Assembly (NCBI GenBank): GCA_963712755.1 | Contig: CAVQIY010000001.1 | Location: 72,192-136,191, forward strand | Length of the DNA: 64,000 bases | Reading direction: 5' to 3' | Source: an uncultured Gammaproteobacteria bacterium | Lineage (GTDB): Bacteria > Pseudomonadota > Gammaproteobacteria > Steroidobacterales > Woeseiaceae | Shown: one piece after another, positions 40,707-51,698 of the stretch | Layout of the letters: each line of letters opens with the position of its first letter | Numbering within the stretch: position 1 is the stretch's first letter | The notes under the pieces: generated by a model | Told to the model about the DNA's origin: nothing | Seen by the model: the letters and a program-made list of their open reading frames with translations, nothing else | Database searches by the model: none | Program-made: the position numbers and the translations under genes

Positions 40707-41224
40707 CGCCGCAACACCGCTGCCTCGCGCATCGCGAGCCGCGTCCTGATGCGGTGCTGGTGGCCGTGGCACAGCGCCGCGGCCAGCGCGTCGGCCGCGT
40801 CCAGCGACGGCGCAGAATCCAGCCTGAGGAGCGATATCACCATGTGCTGCACCTGCTGCTTGGTGGCCGCGCCGGTACCGACGATCGCCTGCTTGATCTC
40901 GCGCGGCGCATATTCGTAAACATCGACCTCGAAACCGAAGGTCGCGCACAGGGCCGCCGATCGCGCGTGGCCGAGCTTCAGCGCGCTGCCCGCATTCTTG
41001 TGCATGAAGACGCTCTCCACCGCGACCACGTCGGGGCGGTATTCCTGCACGATGTCACTGACGGCATTGAAGATCTGCCGGAGACGATCGGGGAACGTGC
41101 CATCGGCACTGCACACCACGCCGCTGGCAACGTACGTCGCTGCGTCGCCCACGAAATCGAGCACGCCGAAACCGGTCTTCCGGGAGCCGGGATCAATACC
41201 CAGGATGCGTCGCGTACTGGCCAA
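40703..41224 (-). CDS. ruvC: crossover junction endodeoxyribonuclease RuvC
   Basis: 173 aa with ILGIDPGSRKTGFGV and the C-terminal DAADALAAALCH. Confidence 0.95.
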   Translation of the reverse strand: MASTRRILGIDPGSRKTGFGVLDFVGDAATYVASGVVCSADGTFPDRLRQIFNAVSDIVQEYRPDVVAVESVFMHKNAGSALKLGHARSAALCATFGFEVDVYEYAPREIKQAIVGTGAATKQQVQHMVISLLRLDSAPSLDAADALAAALCHGHQHRIRTRLAMREAAVLRR

Positions 41225-41232
41225 TTCGATGC

Positions 41233-41976
41233 TCAGATCTGCGCCAGCACGTCGTCACTGATGTCAGCGTTGCTATAGACTTCCTGCACGTCGTCGAGAT
41301 CCTCCAGTGTCTCGAGCAGCTTCACCATCGAGGCCGCATCCTCCAGGTCGAGCTCGGAACTGGTCGAGGCGCGCATGGTCAGCTCCGCGGACTCCGGCTC
41401 GTGCCCCGCGGCGCGCATCACATCCCGGACCCGCTCGAATTCGCCGGGATCGGTCAGCACCTCGATCGAGCCGCCCGCGTCCACGACAACGTCTTCGGCA
41501 CCCGCCTCGATCGCCGCTTCCATGATCGCATCCTCGTCCGAGCCTTCGGGATAAAACAACAGGCCCACGTGGTTGAACAGGTAATTGACGGAGCCGTCGG
41601 CACCCAGGTTGCCGCCACTCTTGGAGAAGGCGTGGCGCACTTCGGCCACCGTGCGATTCCTGTTGTCGGTCAGGCAGTCCACCATCACGGCGGTCCCGCC
41701 CGGGCCGTAGCCTTCGTAGCGTATCTCCTGGTAGTCCGCGCCGTCGAGTTCGCCCGCGCCGCGCTTGACGGCGCGCTCGATGTTGTCCTTGGGCATGCTC
41801 TGCGCCCTGGCCTTGTCGATCGCCAGCCGCAGGCGCGGGTTGGCAACCGGATCGCTGCCGCCCATCTTCGCCGCCACCGTGACCTCACGAATCAGTTTCG
41901 TGAAAAGCTTGCCGCGTTTCTTGTCCTGGGCGCCCTTGCGGTGCTGGATATTCGCCCACTTACTGTGTCCTGCCAT
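41233..41976 (-). CDS. yebC: YebC/PmpR-family DNA-binding transcriptional regulator
   Basis: The internal Met of ORF 41233..42039 gives [31 protein letters not shown], an invariant family N-terminus. Confidence 0.95.
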   Translation of the reverse strand: MAGHSKWANIQHRKGAQDKKRGKLFTKLIREVTVAAKMGGSDPVANPRLRLAIDKARAQSMPKDNIERAVKRGAGELDGADYQEIRYEGYGPGGTAVMVDCLTDNRNRTVAEVRHAFSKSGGNLGADGSVNYLFNHVGLLFYPEGSDEDAIMEAAIEAGAEDVVVDAGGSIEVLTDPGEFERVRDVMRAAGHEPESAELTMRASTSSELDLEDAASMVKLLETLEDLDDVQEVYSNADISDDVLAQI

Positions 41977-42170
41977 ACTGTTCCGCTTGTTGTTCCCGTG
42001 CGCCCCTGCAAGCCGCCAACGGCCCCGGACCGCGCACACGCCGGTAATCTATGCCTGATACGATTTCATGCCCGCTGCCCAAGGCTGAATCCGGCCGGGG
42101 CCACGGGGCCGAAATCAGCGCGTATGATAACGGTTATTGACGGCACAGGCACACTGGGAAGTTCTGCCAA

Positions 42171-44303
42171 ATGGCGGTTTCGAAACCTGAAAATCACGAT
42201 AACGGCACCGAACAGGTGGATATCGTCGCCGCGGCGAGGGCCTTCGTCGCGGCCCTGCCGCCGCGCGCGGGACTGGCGCCGGCGGTTGCCGACGGCCAGG
42301 CCATCGCCGCCATCGTCGCGTCGCTGGGATTGCCGCCCGACGTGGTCGCCGCGGTGCACCTGTACCCCCTGGTCCGGGACGGCTTCATCGACGAAGATAC
42401 TTTAAATAACAGTAAGTTATCGTCTCTTTCTCAAGTCGTTCGAGGCCTGGTCAGGCTCGGCCGCTTCTCCCTGCCCGCCGACTGGCAGCCCGGCGAGGCG
42501 CTGGCCGTGCAGCAGTCCGAGGCGCTGCGCAAGATGCTGCTCGCGGTCGTGTCGGACGTACGGCTGGTGCTGGTCCGGATCGCCGAGCAGCTGCATCGCA
42601 TGCGCGAGGCCAGGGTAGCCTCGGCAGCCGAGAAGCAGGCGCTGTCGACCGAGACTCGCGAAATCTATGCCGCGCTCGCCAACCGCCTGGGTGTGTGGCA
42701 GCTCAAGTGGGAACTCGAGGATCTCGCGTTCCGCTATACCGAGCCCGATACCTACACGGACATCGCGCGTGCCCTGAAGGAGAAGCGCGAGGAACGCGAG
42801 GCGTTCATCGAAAAGGTCAAGAACATCCTGCGCCGTGAATTGCACGACGCGGGGGTGGCCGCCCAGGTCACCGGGCGGTCCAAGCACATCTACAGCATCT
42901 GGCGCAAAATGCAGCGCAAGGACCGCGGCCTCGAGAGCCTGTTCGACATCCGCGCCGTGCGCATCCTCGTGAACGACGTGAAGGACTGCTACGCCGCGCT
43001 CGGCGTCGTGCACAACCTGTGGTCCTACCTCCCCGGCGAGTTCGACGACTACATCGCGAATCCCAAGGAGAACGACTACCGTTCGCTGCACACCGCCGTC
43101 ATCGGCCCGCGGGGCAAGACGCTGGAGGTGCAGATACGCTCGTTCGACATGCACCGCCAGGCGGAACTCGGTGTCGCGGCGCACTGGCGTTACAAGGAAG
43201 GCGGCGGCACCCCCGCGGCATTCGACCAGAAAATCCGCTTCCTCAGGCAATTGCTCGACCCCGGCAACGACAGCGGCGACCTGCTCGACCAGATCCGCGA
43301 CGACCTCTTCGAGGACCGCGTCTACGCCGTGAGCCCGAAAGGGGACGTCGTGGAACTGCCCGCCGGCGCGACGCCGCTCGACTTCGCGTATTACGTGCAC
43401 ACCCAGGTCGGCCATCGCTGCCGGGGCGCCAAGGTCAATGGCCGCATCGTGCCGCTGACCTACGCGGTGCAGAACGGCGACAAGATCGAGATCATCACCG
43501 GCAGCCAGGCGCAGCCGAGCCGCGACTGGCTGAGCCCGCGGCTCGGCTACCTGGCCGGCAGCCGCAGCCGCGCGAAGGTGCGCAGCTGGTTCCGCCAGCA
43601 GGACCGGGACCAGCATCTGCGCCAGGGGCGCGAAATCCTCGAGCGCGAACTGGCACGGCTGAACGTCCGCGACGTGGCGACGGACACGATCGCGGCACAG
43701 CTGAAGTTCGCCAATACCGACGCGCTGTGCGTCGCGCTCGGGGCCGGTGACGTCACGCCCGCCGCGGTGGCAACGGCGCTGCAGCAGCTGCGCGGGGTCG
43801 ATTCCGCGAAGCCGCTGAAGCGCCGCCGGCCCGCGAACCGCAAGACCGGCGAAGCGGACGGCGTGGCCGTCAGCGGCGTGGGCGACCTGATGTGCAATTT
43901 CGCGCGCTGTTGCCGGCCCGTGCCGCCGGAACCGATTTCGGGGTATATCACCCAGGGCCGCGGCGTGAGCATTCACCGCCAGGACTGCGGCAATTTCCTC
44001 GGCCTCAACCGCCGCCACCGCGAACGCATCATCGAGGTGAACTGGGGCCGCTCGGATTCGGCGACCTACCCGGTCGAGTTGACGCTGCGCGCCTACGACC
44101 GCAGCGGGCTGATCCGCGACATCAGCACCATCCTCGCCGACGAAGCGGCCAACGTCACCGACCTGAAGAGCAAGACGGACAAGAAGACCCTGGAGACGGT
44201 GATGGACATCAGCATCGAAATCCGTGACCTGCCGACGCTCAGCACCGCGATCGCCCGGCTGGAACAGGTGCCGAACGTGATCACCGTGCAACGGCGCTCC
44301 TGA
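42171..44303 (+). CDS. relA: GTP pyrophosphokinase RelA ((p)ppGpp synthetase I; degenerate hydrolase domain)
   Basis: 710 aa. LANRLGVWQLKWELEDLAFRY, GRSKHIYSIWRKMQRK and YRSLHTAVIGPRGKTLEVQIRS form the synthetase core, followed by TGS and ACT domains. I see no HD motif in the N-terminal domain. Confidence 0.9.
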   Translation: MAVSKPENHDNGTEQVDIVAAARAFVAALPPRAGLAPAVADGQAIAAIVASLGLPPDVVAAVHLYPLVRDGFIDEDTLNNSKLSSLSQVVRGLVRLGRFSLPADWQPGEALAVQQSEALRKMLLAVVSDVRLVLVRIAEQLHRMREARVASAAEKQALSTETREIYAALANRLGVWQLKWELEDLAFRYTEPDTYTDIARALKEKREEREAFIEKVKNILRRELHDAGVAAQVTGRSKHIYSIWRKMQRKDRGLESLFDIRAVRILVNDVKDCYAALGVVHNLWSYLPGEFDDYIANPKENDYRSLHTAVIGPRGKTLEVQIRSFDMHRQAELGVAAHWRYKEGGGTPAAFDQKIRFLRQLLDPGNDSGDLLDQIRDDLFEDRVYAVSPKGDVVELPAGATPLDFAYYVHTQVGHRCRGAKVNGRIVPLTYAVQNGDKIEIITGSQAQPSRDWLSPRLGYLAGSRSRAKVRSWFRQQDRDQHLRQGREILERELARLNVRDVATDTIAAQLKFANTDALCVALGAGDVTPAAVATALQQLRGVDSAKPLKRRRPANRKTGEADGVAVSGVGDLMCNFARCCRPVPPEPISGYITQGRGVSIHRQDCGNFLGLNRRHRERIIEVNWGRSDSATYPVELTLRAYDRSGLIRDISTILADEAANVTDLKSKTDKKTLETVMDISIEIRDLPTLSTAIARLEQVPNVITVQRRS

Positions 44304-44357
44304 TTTCGGTTACTATTCCGGGCGGGGGCAAGAAGCAGAACAAGAAAGGACAGGGGC

Positions 44358-45833
44358 ATGCAGGAATTCATCGATCAGATCAACAGCTACGTCTGGAGCC
44401 CGGTACTCGTGTACCTGCTGCTCGCGGCGGGGCTTTTCTTTTCCGTACTCACCCGCTTCGTGCAGGTGCGCCTGTTCCGCGAGATGATCAACCTGCTGTT
44501 CTCGAGCAAGGAGTCCGACCGCGGCATTTCGTCCTTCCAGGCGTTGTCGGTATCGTTGTCGGGCCGCGTCGGCACCGGCAACATCGCAGGCGTCGCCGCG
44601 GCGATCGGTTTCGGCGGGCCCGGCGCCGTGTTCTGGATGTGGGTCGTGGCGTTCCTGGGTGCGGCGACCGCCTACGTCGAATCCGCGCTGGGCCAGATCT
44701 ACAAGGAAGAAGACGAGGGCCAGTTCCGCGGTGGCCCCGCGTATTACATCGAGAAGGCCATGGGCCAGAAGTGGTACGCATGGATCTTCGCCATCTCGAC
44801 CATTTTCGCCGTCGGCCTGCTGTTGCCGACCGTGCAGTCGAATGCCATCGGCAATGCCGCCGACCTCGCCTTCGGCAGTTCCGGCACCCTCGAGACGTCG
44901 CTCGGCTCGGTGACCTACACCAAGCTGGGTGCCGCCGTCTTCGTCGTGTTGCTGTTCGGCTTCATCATCTTCGGCGGCGTGAAGCGCATCGCGCACTTCA
45001 CCCAGGTCGTCGTGCCATTCATGGCGATTGGTTACGTCCTGCTTGCTGTCGTCATCATCCTGCTGCACATCGACAAGCTGCCGGGCGTCATCATGCTGAT
45101 CGTCGGGGACGCGTTCACGCCGATGGCGGGTGTCGGCGCCGCGATCGGCTGGGGCGTCAAGCGCGGCGTCTACTCGAACGAAGCCGGCCAGGGAACCGGC
45201 CCGCACGCGGCCGCGGCTTCGGAGGTGGAACATCCCGCACAGCAGGGGCTCGTGCAGGCGTTCTCGGTGTACGTGGATACGCTGTTCGTGTGTTCGGCGA
45301 CCGCCTTCATGATCCTGATCACCAACCAGTACTACGTCACCGGTGTCGAAGCGACGGAGAGCGGCGGCATGCTGTCGAACGACGTGCTCGCGAACAGCCC
45401 GGCATTCACCCAGTATGCGCTGGAGAGCGTCGTCGGTGGTTTCGGCAAGACCTTCGTCGCCTTCGCGCTGTTCTTCTTCGCGTTCACGACGATTCTCGCC
45501 TATTACTACATCGCGGAAACCAACGTCGCCTACATACGCCGCACCATACGCGTCCCCGGCGAGATCACCGTGCTCAAGTTCCTGATGCTCGGCGCGGTGT
45601 TCTACGGCACCGTGCGTACCGCCGACCTCGCCTGGGCGCTCGGCGACATGGCCGTCGGCCTGATGGCCTGGCTGAACATCGTCGGCATCCTGATCCTGTT
45701 CCTGATGGGCAAGCCCGCGCTGAAAGCGCTCGACGACTACGAAGCGCAGATGAAGGCAGGCGTGACGAAGTACACCTTCGACCCGAAGAAGCTCGGCATC
45801 AGGAACGCGGACTTCTGGGAACGCGAGGGCTGA
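44358..45833 (+). CDS. alanine/glycine:cation symporter (AGCS family)
   Basis: 491 aa, polytopic. FQALSVSLSGRVGTGNIAGVAAAI and GVYSNEAGQGTGPHAAAA are AGCS signatures. Confidence 0.9.
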   Translation: MQEFIDQINSYVWSPVLVYLLLAAGLFFSVLTRFVQVRLFREMINLLFSSKESDRGISSFQALSVSLSGRVGTGNIAGVAAAIGFGGPGAVFWMWVVAFLGAATAYVESALGQIYKEEDEGQFRGGPAYYIEKAMGQKWYAWIFAISTIFAVGLLLPTVQSNAIGNAADLAFGSSGTLETSLGSVTYTKLGAAVFVVLLFGFIIFGGVKRIAHFTQVVVPFMAIGYVLLAVVIILLHIDKLPGVIMLIVGDAFTPMAGVGAAIGWGVKRGVYSNEAGQGTGPHAAAASEVEHPAQQGLVQAFSVYVDTLFVCSATAFMILITNQYYVTGVEATESGGMLSNDVLANSPAFTQYALESVVGGFGKTFVAFALFFFAFTTILAYYYIAETNVAYIRRTIRVPGEITVLKFLMLGAVFYGTVRTADLAWALGDMAVGLMAWLNIVGILILFLMGKPALKALDDYEAQMKAGVTKYTFDPKKLGIRNADFWEREG

Positions 45834-45849
45834 GGCCGGCCCGACCGGG

Positions 45850-46040
45850 TCGCGGTTCGAGAACCGCTCCTACAACGCGCACGAGCCTCCTGTAGGAGCG
45901 GGCCTGGGCCCGCGAATGCCACGGGACGCCCGTCAGTTCATATAGGAACGGGCCTCGGCCCGCGAATGCCACGGGACGCCCGTCAGTTCATGTAGGAGCG
46001 GGCCTCGGCCCGCGAATGCGACAGGGCGCCGATCAGTTCA
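45850..46040. repeat. REP unit plus 3 x 50-bp tandem array (each unit is a REP followed by ATGCCACGGGACGCCCGTCAGTTCA)
   Basis: A reverse REP lies at 45850-45874. Tandem units lie at 45891-45940, 45941-45990 and 45991-46040, with a few substitutions between them. The last unit contains the lpdA stop codon (46033-46035). Confidence 0.85.
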
Positions 46041-47457
46041 TGTAGTTCAGGGCGCGCTTGTCGACGTTGAGCGCGGCCTCGTGAATCGCTTCCGCGAGGC
46101 TCGGATGCGCATGGATCGTGCGCTGGATGTCCTCGGTGCTGGCCGAGAACTCCAGCGCGAGCACAGCTTCCGCGATCAGTTCGCCGGCCATGGGCCCGAC
46201 GATGTGCACGCCGAGAACCTCGTCGTCGTCCTCTGCGGAAATGATCTTCACCATGCCGGTGGTCTGCTCCATGGCCTTGGCGCGGCCGCTCGCGGCAAAC
46301 GGGAAAGAGCCTTTCTTGTACGCGCGACCGCTCGCCTTGACCTCGGCTTCGGTCTTGCCCACCCAGGCGATCTCGGGTGAGGTGTAGATGACCGATGGGA
46401 TCACGTTGTAATTGACCTCGGCAACCTCGCCGGCAATGAGATCGGCGGCCATGACACCCTCTTCCGAGCTCTTGTGCGCCAGCATCGGGCCGCGCACGGC
46501 ATCGCCGACCGCGAACACGCCCTTGACGCGCGTGCGGCACTCGTGGTCCACGACGATGAAGCCGCGCTCGTCGAGCTGGATGCCGGCGTCGTCCGCCAGC
46601 AGGCCCTCGGTGTAAGGCTTGCGCCCGACCGCAACGATGAGCTTGTCGACCTCGATGGAGCCCGAGCCCGACTTGTCGTCGTACTCGACCTTGACGCCCT
46701 TCTTGCCGGCCTTCGCCGCCGTGACCTTCGCGCCGAGGCGGATGTCGAGCCCCTGCTTCTTGAAATCGCGCGCGGCGGTGTTGGCGACGTCGCGATCGGC
46801 CATGAACAGGAAGTCGTCCATGGCCTCGAGGATCGTCACCTCCGAGCCGAGACGCGACCAGACGCTGCCGAGCTCGAGGCCGATGACACCCGCACCGATG
46901 ACACCGAGTCGCTTCGGCACAGCCTCGAGTTCCAGCGCGTCCCAGGAGTCGATGATGTTCTCGCCGTCGAATTTCGCGAACGGCAACTCGATGGGCACCG
47001 AACCGGAAGCCAGGATGACGTACTTCGCTTCGAGCACTTCCGGGTCGCCGTCGACGGGCGTGAACTCGACTTTCTTGCCGGCCAGCAACTTGCCGTGGCC
47101 GACGAGGCCTTCCACCTTGTTGGCCTTGAACAGTCCCGCGATGCCGCCCGTCAACTGGCGCACGATGCCGGCCCTGCGTTTTTGCATGGTACCGAGATCG
47201 AGGCCGAGCTTGCCGGTCTCGATGCCGTGTTTCTTGAACTCGTGAGCGGCGCGATGATACAGCTCCGACGACTCCAGCAGGGCCTTGGACGGGATGCAGC
47301 CCGCGTTCAGGCAGGTGCCGCCGAACGCATACTTGCCGTCCCGGTTCTGCCACTTGTCGATGCACGCGACGGTCATGCCGTGTTGTGCGGCTCGAATCGC
47401 GGCGATGTAGCCGCCGGGGCCGGCCCCGATCACTACGACATCAAATTTTCTGCTCAT
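46033..47457 (-). CDS. lpdA: dihydrolipoyl dehydrogenase (E3)
   Basis: 474 aa with GAGPGGY, the redox disulfide GGTCLNAGCIPSK and the C-terminal HAHPSLAE. Confidence 0.95.
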   Translation of the reverse strand: MSRKFDVVVIGAGPGGYIAAIRAAQHGMTVACIDKWQNRDGKYAFGGTCLNAGCIPSKALLESSELYHRAAHEFKKHGIETGKLGLDLGTMQKRRAGIVRQLTGGIAGLFKANKVEGLVGHGKLLAGKKVEFTPVDGDPEVLEAKYVILASGSVPIELPFAKFDGENIIDSWDALELEAVPKRLGVIGAGVIGLELGSVWSRLGSEVTILEAMDDFLFMADRDVANTAARDFKKQGLDIRLGAKVTAAKAGKKGVKVEYDDKSGSGSIEVDKLIVAVGRKPYTEGLLADDAGIQLDERGFIVVDHECRTRVKGVFAVGDAVRGPMLAHKSSEEGVMAADLIAGEVAEVNYNVIPSVIYTSPEIAWVGKTEAEVKASGRAYKKGSFPFAASGRAKAMEQTTGMVKIISAEDDDEVLGVHIVGPMAGELIAEAVLALEFSASTEDIQRTIHAHPSLAEAIHEAALNVDKRALNYMN

Positions 47458-47472
47458 CGTTTACCTGGTTCC

Positions 47473-48711
47473 TCAAACTTCCAATAGCAACCTGCCCGGG
47501 TCCTCGAGCTGCTCCTTGATCGTCACGAGAAACTGCACGGCTTCTCGTCCGTCGATGATCCTGTGATCGTAGGTCACCGCGAGGTACATCATCGGGCGGA
47601 TCCTGATCTCACCGTCCACGACCATCGGCCGCTGCTGGATGTTGTGCATGCCGAGGATCGCGCTCTGCGGCGGGTTCAGGATCGGCGTCGACATCATCGA
47701 ACCGAAGATGCCGCCGTTGGTGATGGTGAAGGTGCCGCCGGTCAGGTCGTCCATGCCGATGGTGCCGTCCTGCGCCTTCTTCGCCATCGCCGCCAGCTCC
47801 GCTTCGAAGCGGGCAAAGCTCATCTGGTCGACGTCGCGCAGTACCGGGACCATCAGGCCGCGTTCCGACGAGACCGCGATGCCGATGTCGTAATAGTTGT
47901 GATAGACGATGTCGTTGTCCTCGACCGAGGCATTGACGGCCGGGAATTTCTTCAGGCCCTCGACCGCGGCTTTGGTGAAGAAGGACATGAAGCCCAGGCG
48001 CACGCCGTGCTTCTTCTCGAACGCATCCTTGTAGCGGGCGCGCAGCGCCATGACCTCGGTGAGATCGACCTCGTTGAACGTCGTGAGCATGGCGGCCGTG
48101 TGCTGGGCCTGCACCATGCGCTCGGCGATACGCGCGCGCAGCCGCGTCATCGGCACGCGCTTCTCCGTGCGTTCCAGCCCGACGACGGTGTCGCCCGGTT
48201 CTTCGCTCGCGGCGTGATCGGCGGGCGTCACGTCGCTGCTCTTGTCGGCCTTCAGGAAGTCCATGACGTCGGACTTGGTGATGCGGCCGCCTCTGCCGCT
48301 GCCGCTCACCATTTCCGCATCGAGATCGTGCTCGTCCAGCAGCCGCCTGACGGCCGGGCTGGTCTTGCCGGCTTTCGCGGCGCGCTCCTGGCCCAACGAC
48401 GCCGGTTCGGCCTCGGCCTGCTCGTCGGTCTCCCCGGCTTCGGGCTCCTCGGGCTCCGCCGCGGCGGCACCCTCGCCCTCCGCGAGCACGGCCAGCACGT
48501 CGCCGGCCGTCACGGTCGCGCCGTCCTGCACCTTGATTTCCTGCAACACGCCGTCCGCGGGCGCCGGGACTTCCAGCACGACCTTGTCGGTCTCGAGGTC
48601 GACGAGGTTCTCGTCTCGGCTCACTCGATCGCCGGCCTTCTTGTGCCAGCCGACCAGGGTTGCATCGGACACCGATTCCGGTAGCGCCGGCACTTTGATT
48701 TCGATCGTCAT
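47473..48711 (-). CDS. sucB: 2-oxoglutarate dehydrogenase E2, dihydrolipoyllysine-residue succinyltransferase
   Basis: 412 aa with a lipoyl domain ([13 protein letters not shown]), an Ala/Pro/Glu linker, an E3-binding domain and catalytic [11 protein letters not shown]. Confidence 0.95.
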   Translation of the reverse strand: MTIEIKVPALPESVSDATLVGWHKKAGDRVSRDENLVDLETDKVVLEVPAPADGVLQEIKVQDGATVTAGDVLAVLAEGEGAAAAEPEEPEAGETDEQAEAEPASLGQERAAKAGKTSPAVRRLLDEHDLDAEMVSGSGRGGRITKSDVMDFLKADKSSDVTPADHAASEEPGDTVVGLERTEKRVPMTRLRARIAERMVQAQHTAAMLTTFNEVDLTEVMALRARYKDAFEKKHGVRLGFMSFFTKAAVEGLKKFPAVNASVEDNDIVYHNYYDIGIAVSSERGLMVPVLRDVDQMSFARFEAELAAMAKKAQDGTIGMDDLTGGTFTITNGGIFGSMMSTPILNPPQSAILGMHNIQQRPMVVDGEIRIRPMMYLAVTYDHRIIDGREAVQFLVTIKEQLEDPGRLLLEV

Positions 48712-51608
48712 TTGGTCTTCCGTTTCGACTTGCGCGGCTTGGCCGATTTGCTCGCCTTGATCTCGATATCAAGCGCGGCCTCGACCAGTGCCTGTTGCTG
48801 TTGAAGGTGAACTTTGAATATCCCGGACGCGGGCGCGGCCGACGCGGGACGCCCCGCATAGAAGAGGTTCTGGTGATCGCGCAGCGGTTCCTGCAGGCGA
48901 TGCCGGATCTGGTACCAGGCGCCCTGGTTCTGCGGCTCCTCCTGGCACCAGACGATGTCCTCGACGTGCTCGTATTCCTCGATGACCGCGGCGAACTCCT
49001 CCACGGGGAACGGGTAGAGCTGCTCGATGCGAATCAGGGCGATGTCGTCGATGCCGTGCACCTGGCGGGACTCGAGCAGGTCGTAGTAGACCTTGCCGCT
49101 GCAGAACACGATGCGCCGCGTGGCGGCCGGCGCTATCTGTTCGACCTCGGGAATGATCAGGTTGAAGCGGCCGTTCGACAGCGCCGAGATCGGCGACACC
49201 GACATCTTGTGGCGCAACAGGCTCTTGGGCGTCATGACGATCAGCGGCTTGCGGAACTTGCGCAGCATCTGCCGGCGCAGCATGTGGAACATCTGCGCCG
49301 GCGTGGACGGTACGCAGACCTGCATGTTGTGCTCGGCGCACAGCTGCAGGAACCGCTCGAGCCGCGCGGAGGAATGCTCCGGCCCCTGCCCTTCGTAGCC
49401 GTGCGGCAGGAACAGGGTCATGCCGCAGAGGCGGCCCCACTTTGCGTCGCCCGAACTGATGAACTGGTCGATGACCACCTGCGCACCGTTCGCGAAGTCG
49501 CCGAACTGGCCTTCCCAGATGACCAGCGTCGTCGGGTCCGTGGTCGAATAGCCGTATTCGAAACCGAGCACCGCTTCCTCGGACAACAGCGAATCGATGA
49601 CGCGAAACGCGTTCGGCCGATCCACGATGTGCTGCAGCGGCGTGTACTCGCGGTTGTTGACCTGGTTGTGCAGCACGGCGTGACGGTGGAAGAACGTGCC
49701 GCGCCCGCTGTCCTGGCCGACCAGGCGGCAGGCGTAGCCGTCCTCGATCAGCGTCGCGTAGGCCATGGTCTCGGCGAAACCCCAGTCCATGTCGATCTCG
49801 CCGGCCGCCATGCGCTTGCGCTCGTCGACGATGCGCTGCACGCGGCCGTGCAGCTTGAGGTCGTCGGGCATATCCGTGAAGTACCCGGCCGCCCTCGCCG
49901 CGCGTTTCGGCGTAATCGTCGTGTCGACGGGCTCGTCCCAGGTCGCGTCGAGGTACGGCGTCCAGTCGACGGTGAATTCGTTGCCGATCATGCCCAGCGA
50001 CGCCTTCGGCACGGGCTCGCCGCGATCCAGGCGGTCGCGGTACTCGTCCTGCAGCTTGCTGGCGCGTTCCTTGCTGATGAGCTTTTTCTCGACCAGCTTC
50101 TCGGCATAGAGGTCGCGCGTGGTCCGGTGCTTTCTTATTACGCCGTACATCACGGGCTGCGTCGCCGCCGGCTCGTCGGCCTCGTTGTGGCCATGCCGGC
50201 GGTAGCAGACGAGGTCGATGACGACGTCCTTCTTGAAGGTCTGGCGATACTGCAACGCAAGACGCGTGACGACGATGACCGCTTCCGGGTCGTCGCCGTT
50301 GACGTGGAATATCGGTGCCTCGATCATCTTCGCGACGTCACTGCAGTAATCGGTTGAGCGGGCATCCGACGGCCGATGCGTCGTGAAGCCGATCTGGTTG
50401 TTCACCACGATGTGCACGGTGCCGCCGGTGCGGAAACCGTTGGTCTGCGACAGCTGGAAGGTTTCGGTGACGACACCCTGGCCCGAGAACGCCGCGTCGC
50501 CGTGGATCAGCACCGGCAGGACCTCGACGCGCTCCTGGTCGTCGCGGCGCTGCTGCCGCGCCCGCACCGACCCCTCGACGACCGGGTTGACGATCTCGAG
50601 ATGCGACGGATTGAAAGCGAGCGCGATGTGCACGTTGCCGCCGGAGGTCTTCATGTCGGCGGAGAAGCCCTTGTGGTACTTGACGTCGCCGGACCCCCGC
50701 AGCTCGTCGAGGTCGTAGTTGCCCTCGAACTCCTCGAACAGCTCCTCGGGCGACTTGCCGAGAATGTTGACGAGCACGTTGATGCGGCCACGATGCGCCA
50801 TGCCGATGACGATCTCGTGAATCCCCTTCGCACCCCCCTGGTGGATCAGGTCGTCGAGCATCGGAATGAGGCTGTCGCCGCCCTCGAGCGAGAAGCGCTT
50901 CTGGCCGACGTAACGTGTGTGCAGGTAGCGCTCGATGCCCTCGGCGCTGGTCAGCTGCTCGAGGATCGCGACCCGCTCCTCGTCGCTGAGCGGCGGGTTG
51001 ACCCTGTCGTGTTCGAAATGCTCGCGCAGCCACAGGCGCTCGCGCGCCCGCGAGATGTGCGCGAACTCGACCGTCGCCTTGCCGCAGTAGATCGACCTCA
51101 GCAGCGCGATGATGTCGCGCAGCTTCATGCGGGTGTTGCCGGACCTGGCCAGGCCGCCGGTGTAGAACTCGGTGTCCATGTCGGCCTCGGTGAGGCCGAG
51201 GTAGTCGAGCTTGAGGACGCCGGGCACGCGGCGCTCCATCAGTCCCAGCGGGTCGATATCCGCGATCTGGTGGCCGCGCAGGCTATAGACCTGGATCAGG
51301 CGGGCAACGGCGGCCTGCTTCTCCGCGGAGGACGCGGCGAGCTTGCGGCTGCCGGGCCGGAGCTGCCGGGTCCTGCCGCCCTCGCGCGCAGACTCGAGCA
51401 AATGCTCGCGGATCGGCGAATGGGCGACCTCGGTCTGCGGATCCCCGAGGGACTCAAAGTAGCCACGCCACGCCGCCGGAACCGATTCCGGGTCGGCCAG
51501 GTACTGCTCGTACAGGGCCTCGACCGCGCTGGCATTGCTGCCGAACAGCGGCGTGGTTGCGTATTGATCCTTGAGAGAACTGCCCATGAGAGTGGATTTT
51601 CGCGGCAA
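48708..51608 (-). CDS. sucA: 2-oxoglutarate dehydrogenase E1 component
   Basis: 966 aa; the typical SucA layout is recognisable throughout. The start may be the second Met (51587, [30 protein letters not shown]). Confidence 0.95.
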   Translation of the reverse strand: MPRKSTLMGSSLKDQYATTPLFGSNASAVEALYEQYLADPESVPAAWRGYFESLGDPQTEVAHSPIREHLLESAREGGRTRQLRPGSRKLAASSAEKQAAVARLIQVYSLRGHQIADIDPLGLMERRVPGVLKLDYLGLTEADMDTEFYTGGLARSGNTRMKLRDIIALLRSIYCGKATVEFAHISRARERLWLREHFEHDRVNPPLSDEERVAILEQLTSAEGIERYLHTRYVGQKRFSLEGGDSLIPMLDDLIHQGGAKGIHEIVIGMAHRGRINVLVNILGKSPEELFEEFEGNYDLDELRGSGDVKYHKGFSADMKTSGGNVHIALAFNPSHLEIVNPVVEGSVRARQQRRDDQERVEVLPVLIHGDAAFSGQGVVTETFQLSQTNGFRTGGTVHIVVNNQIGFTTHRPSDARSTDYCSDVAKMIEAPIFHVNGDDPEAVIVVTRLALQYRQTFKKDVVIDLVCYRRHGHNEADEPAATQPVMYGVIRKHRTTRDLYAEKLVEKKLISKERASKLQDEYRDRLDRGEPVPKASLGMIGNEFTVDWTPYLDATWDEPVDTTITPKRAARAAGYFTDMPDDLKLHGRVQRIVDERKRMAAGEIDMDWGFAETMAYATLIEDGYACRLVGQDSGRGTFFHRHAVLHNQVNNREYTPLQHIVDRPNAFRVIDSLLSEEAVLGFEYGYSTTDPTTLVIWEGQFGDFANGAQVVIDQFISSGDAKWGRLCGMTLFLPHGYEGQGPEHSSARLERFLQLCAEHNMQVCVPSTPAQMFHMLRRQMLRKFRKPLIVMTPKSLLRHKMSVSPISALSNGRFNLIIPEVEQIAPAATRRIVFCSGKVYYDLLESRQVHGIDDIALIRIEQLYPFPVEEFAAVIEEYEHVEDIVWCQEEPQNQGAWYQIRHRLQEPLRDHQNLFYAGRPASAAPASGIFKVHLQQQQALVEAALDIEIKASKSAKPRKSKRKTK

Positions 51609-51698
51609 TGACGCCGCGAGTGCGCGCTTATTTGTTCAGGCTGCCAAAAAGGCTGGCTAGTGTAGCCCAAGCCACCGGCATTGGAAACGATACGATAG

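Noticed and set aside
45891-46040. Possible CRISPR array, because of regularly spaced palindromic repeats.
   Set aside because: The units are directly abutting 50-bp tandem copies with no unique spacers. They belong to the REP family seen at 4037-4238, and no cas genes are present in the window.
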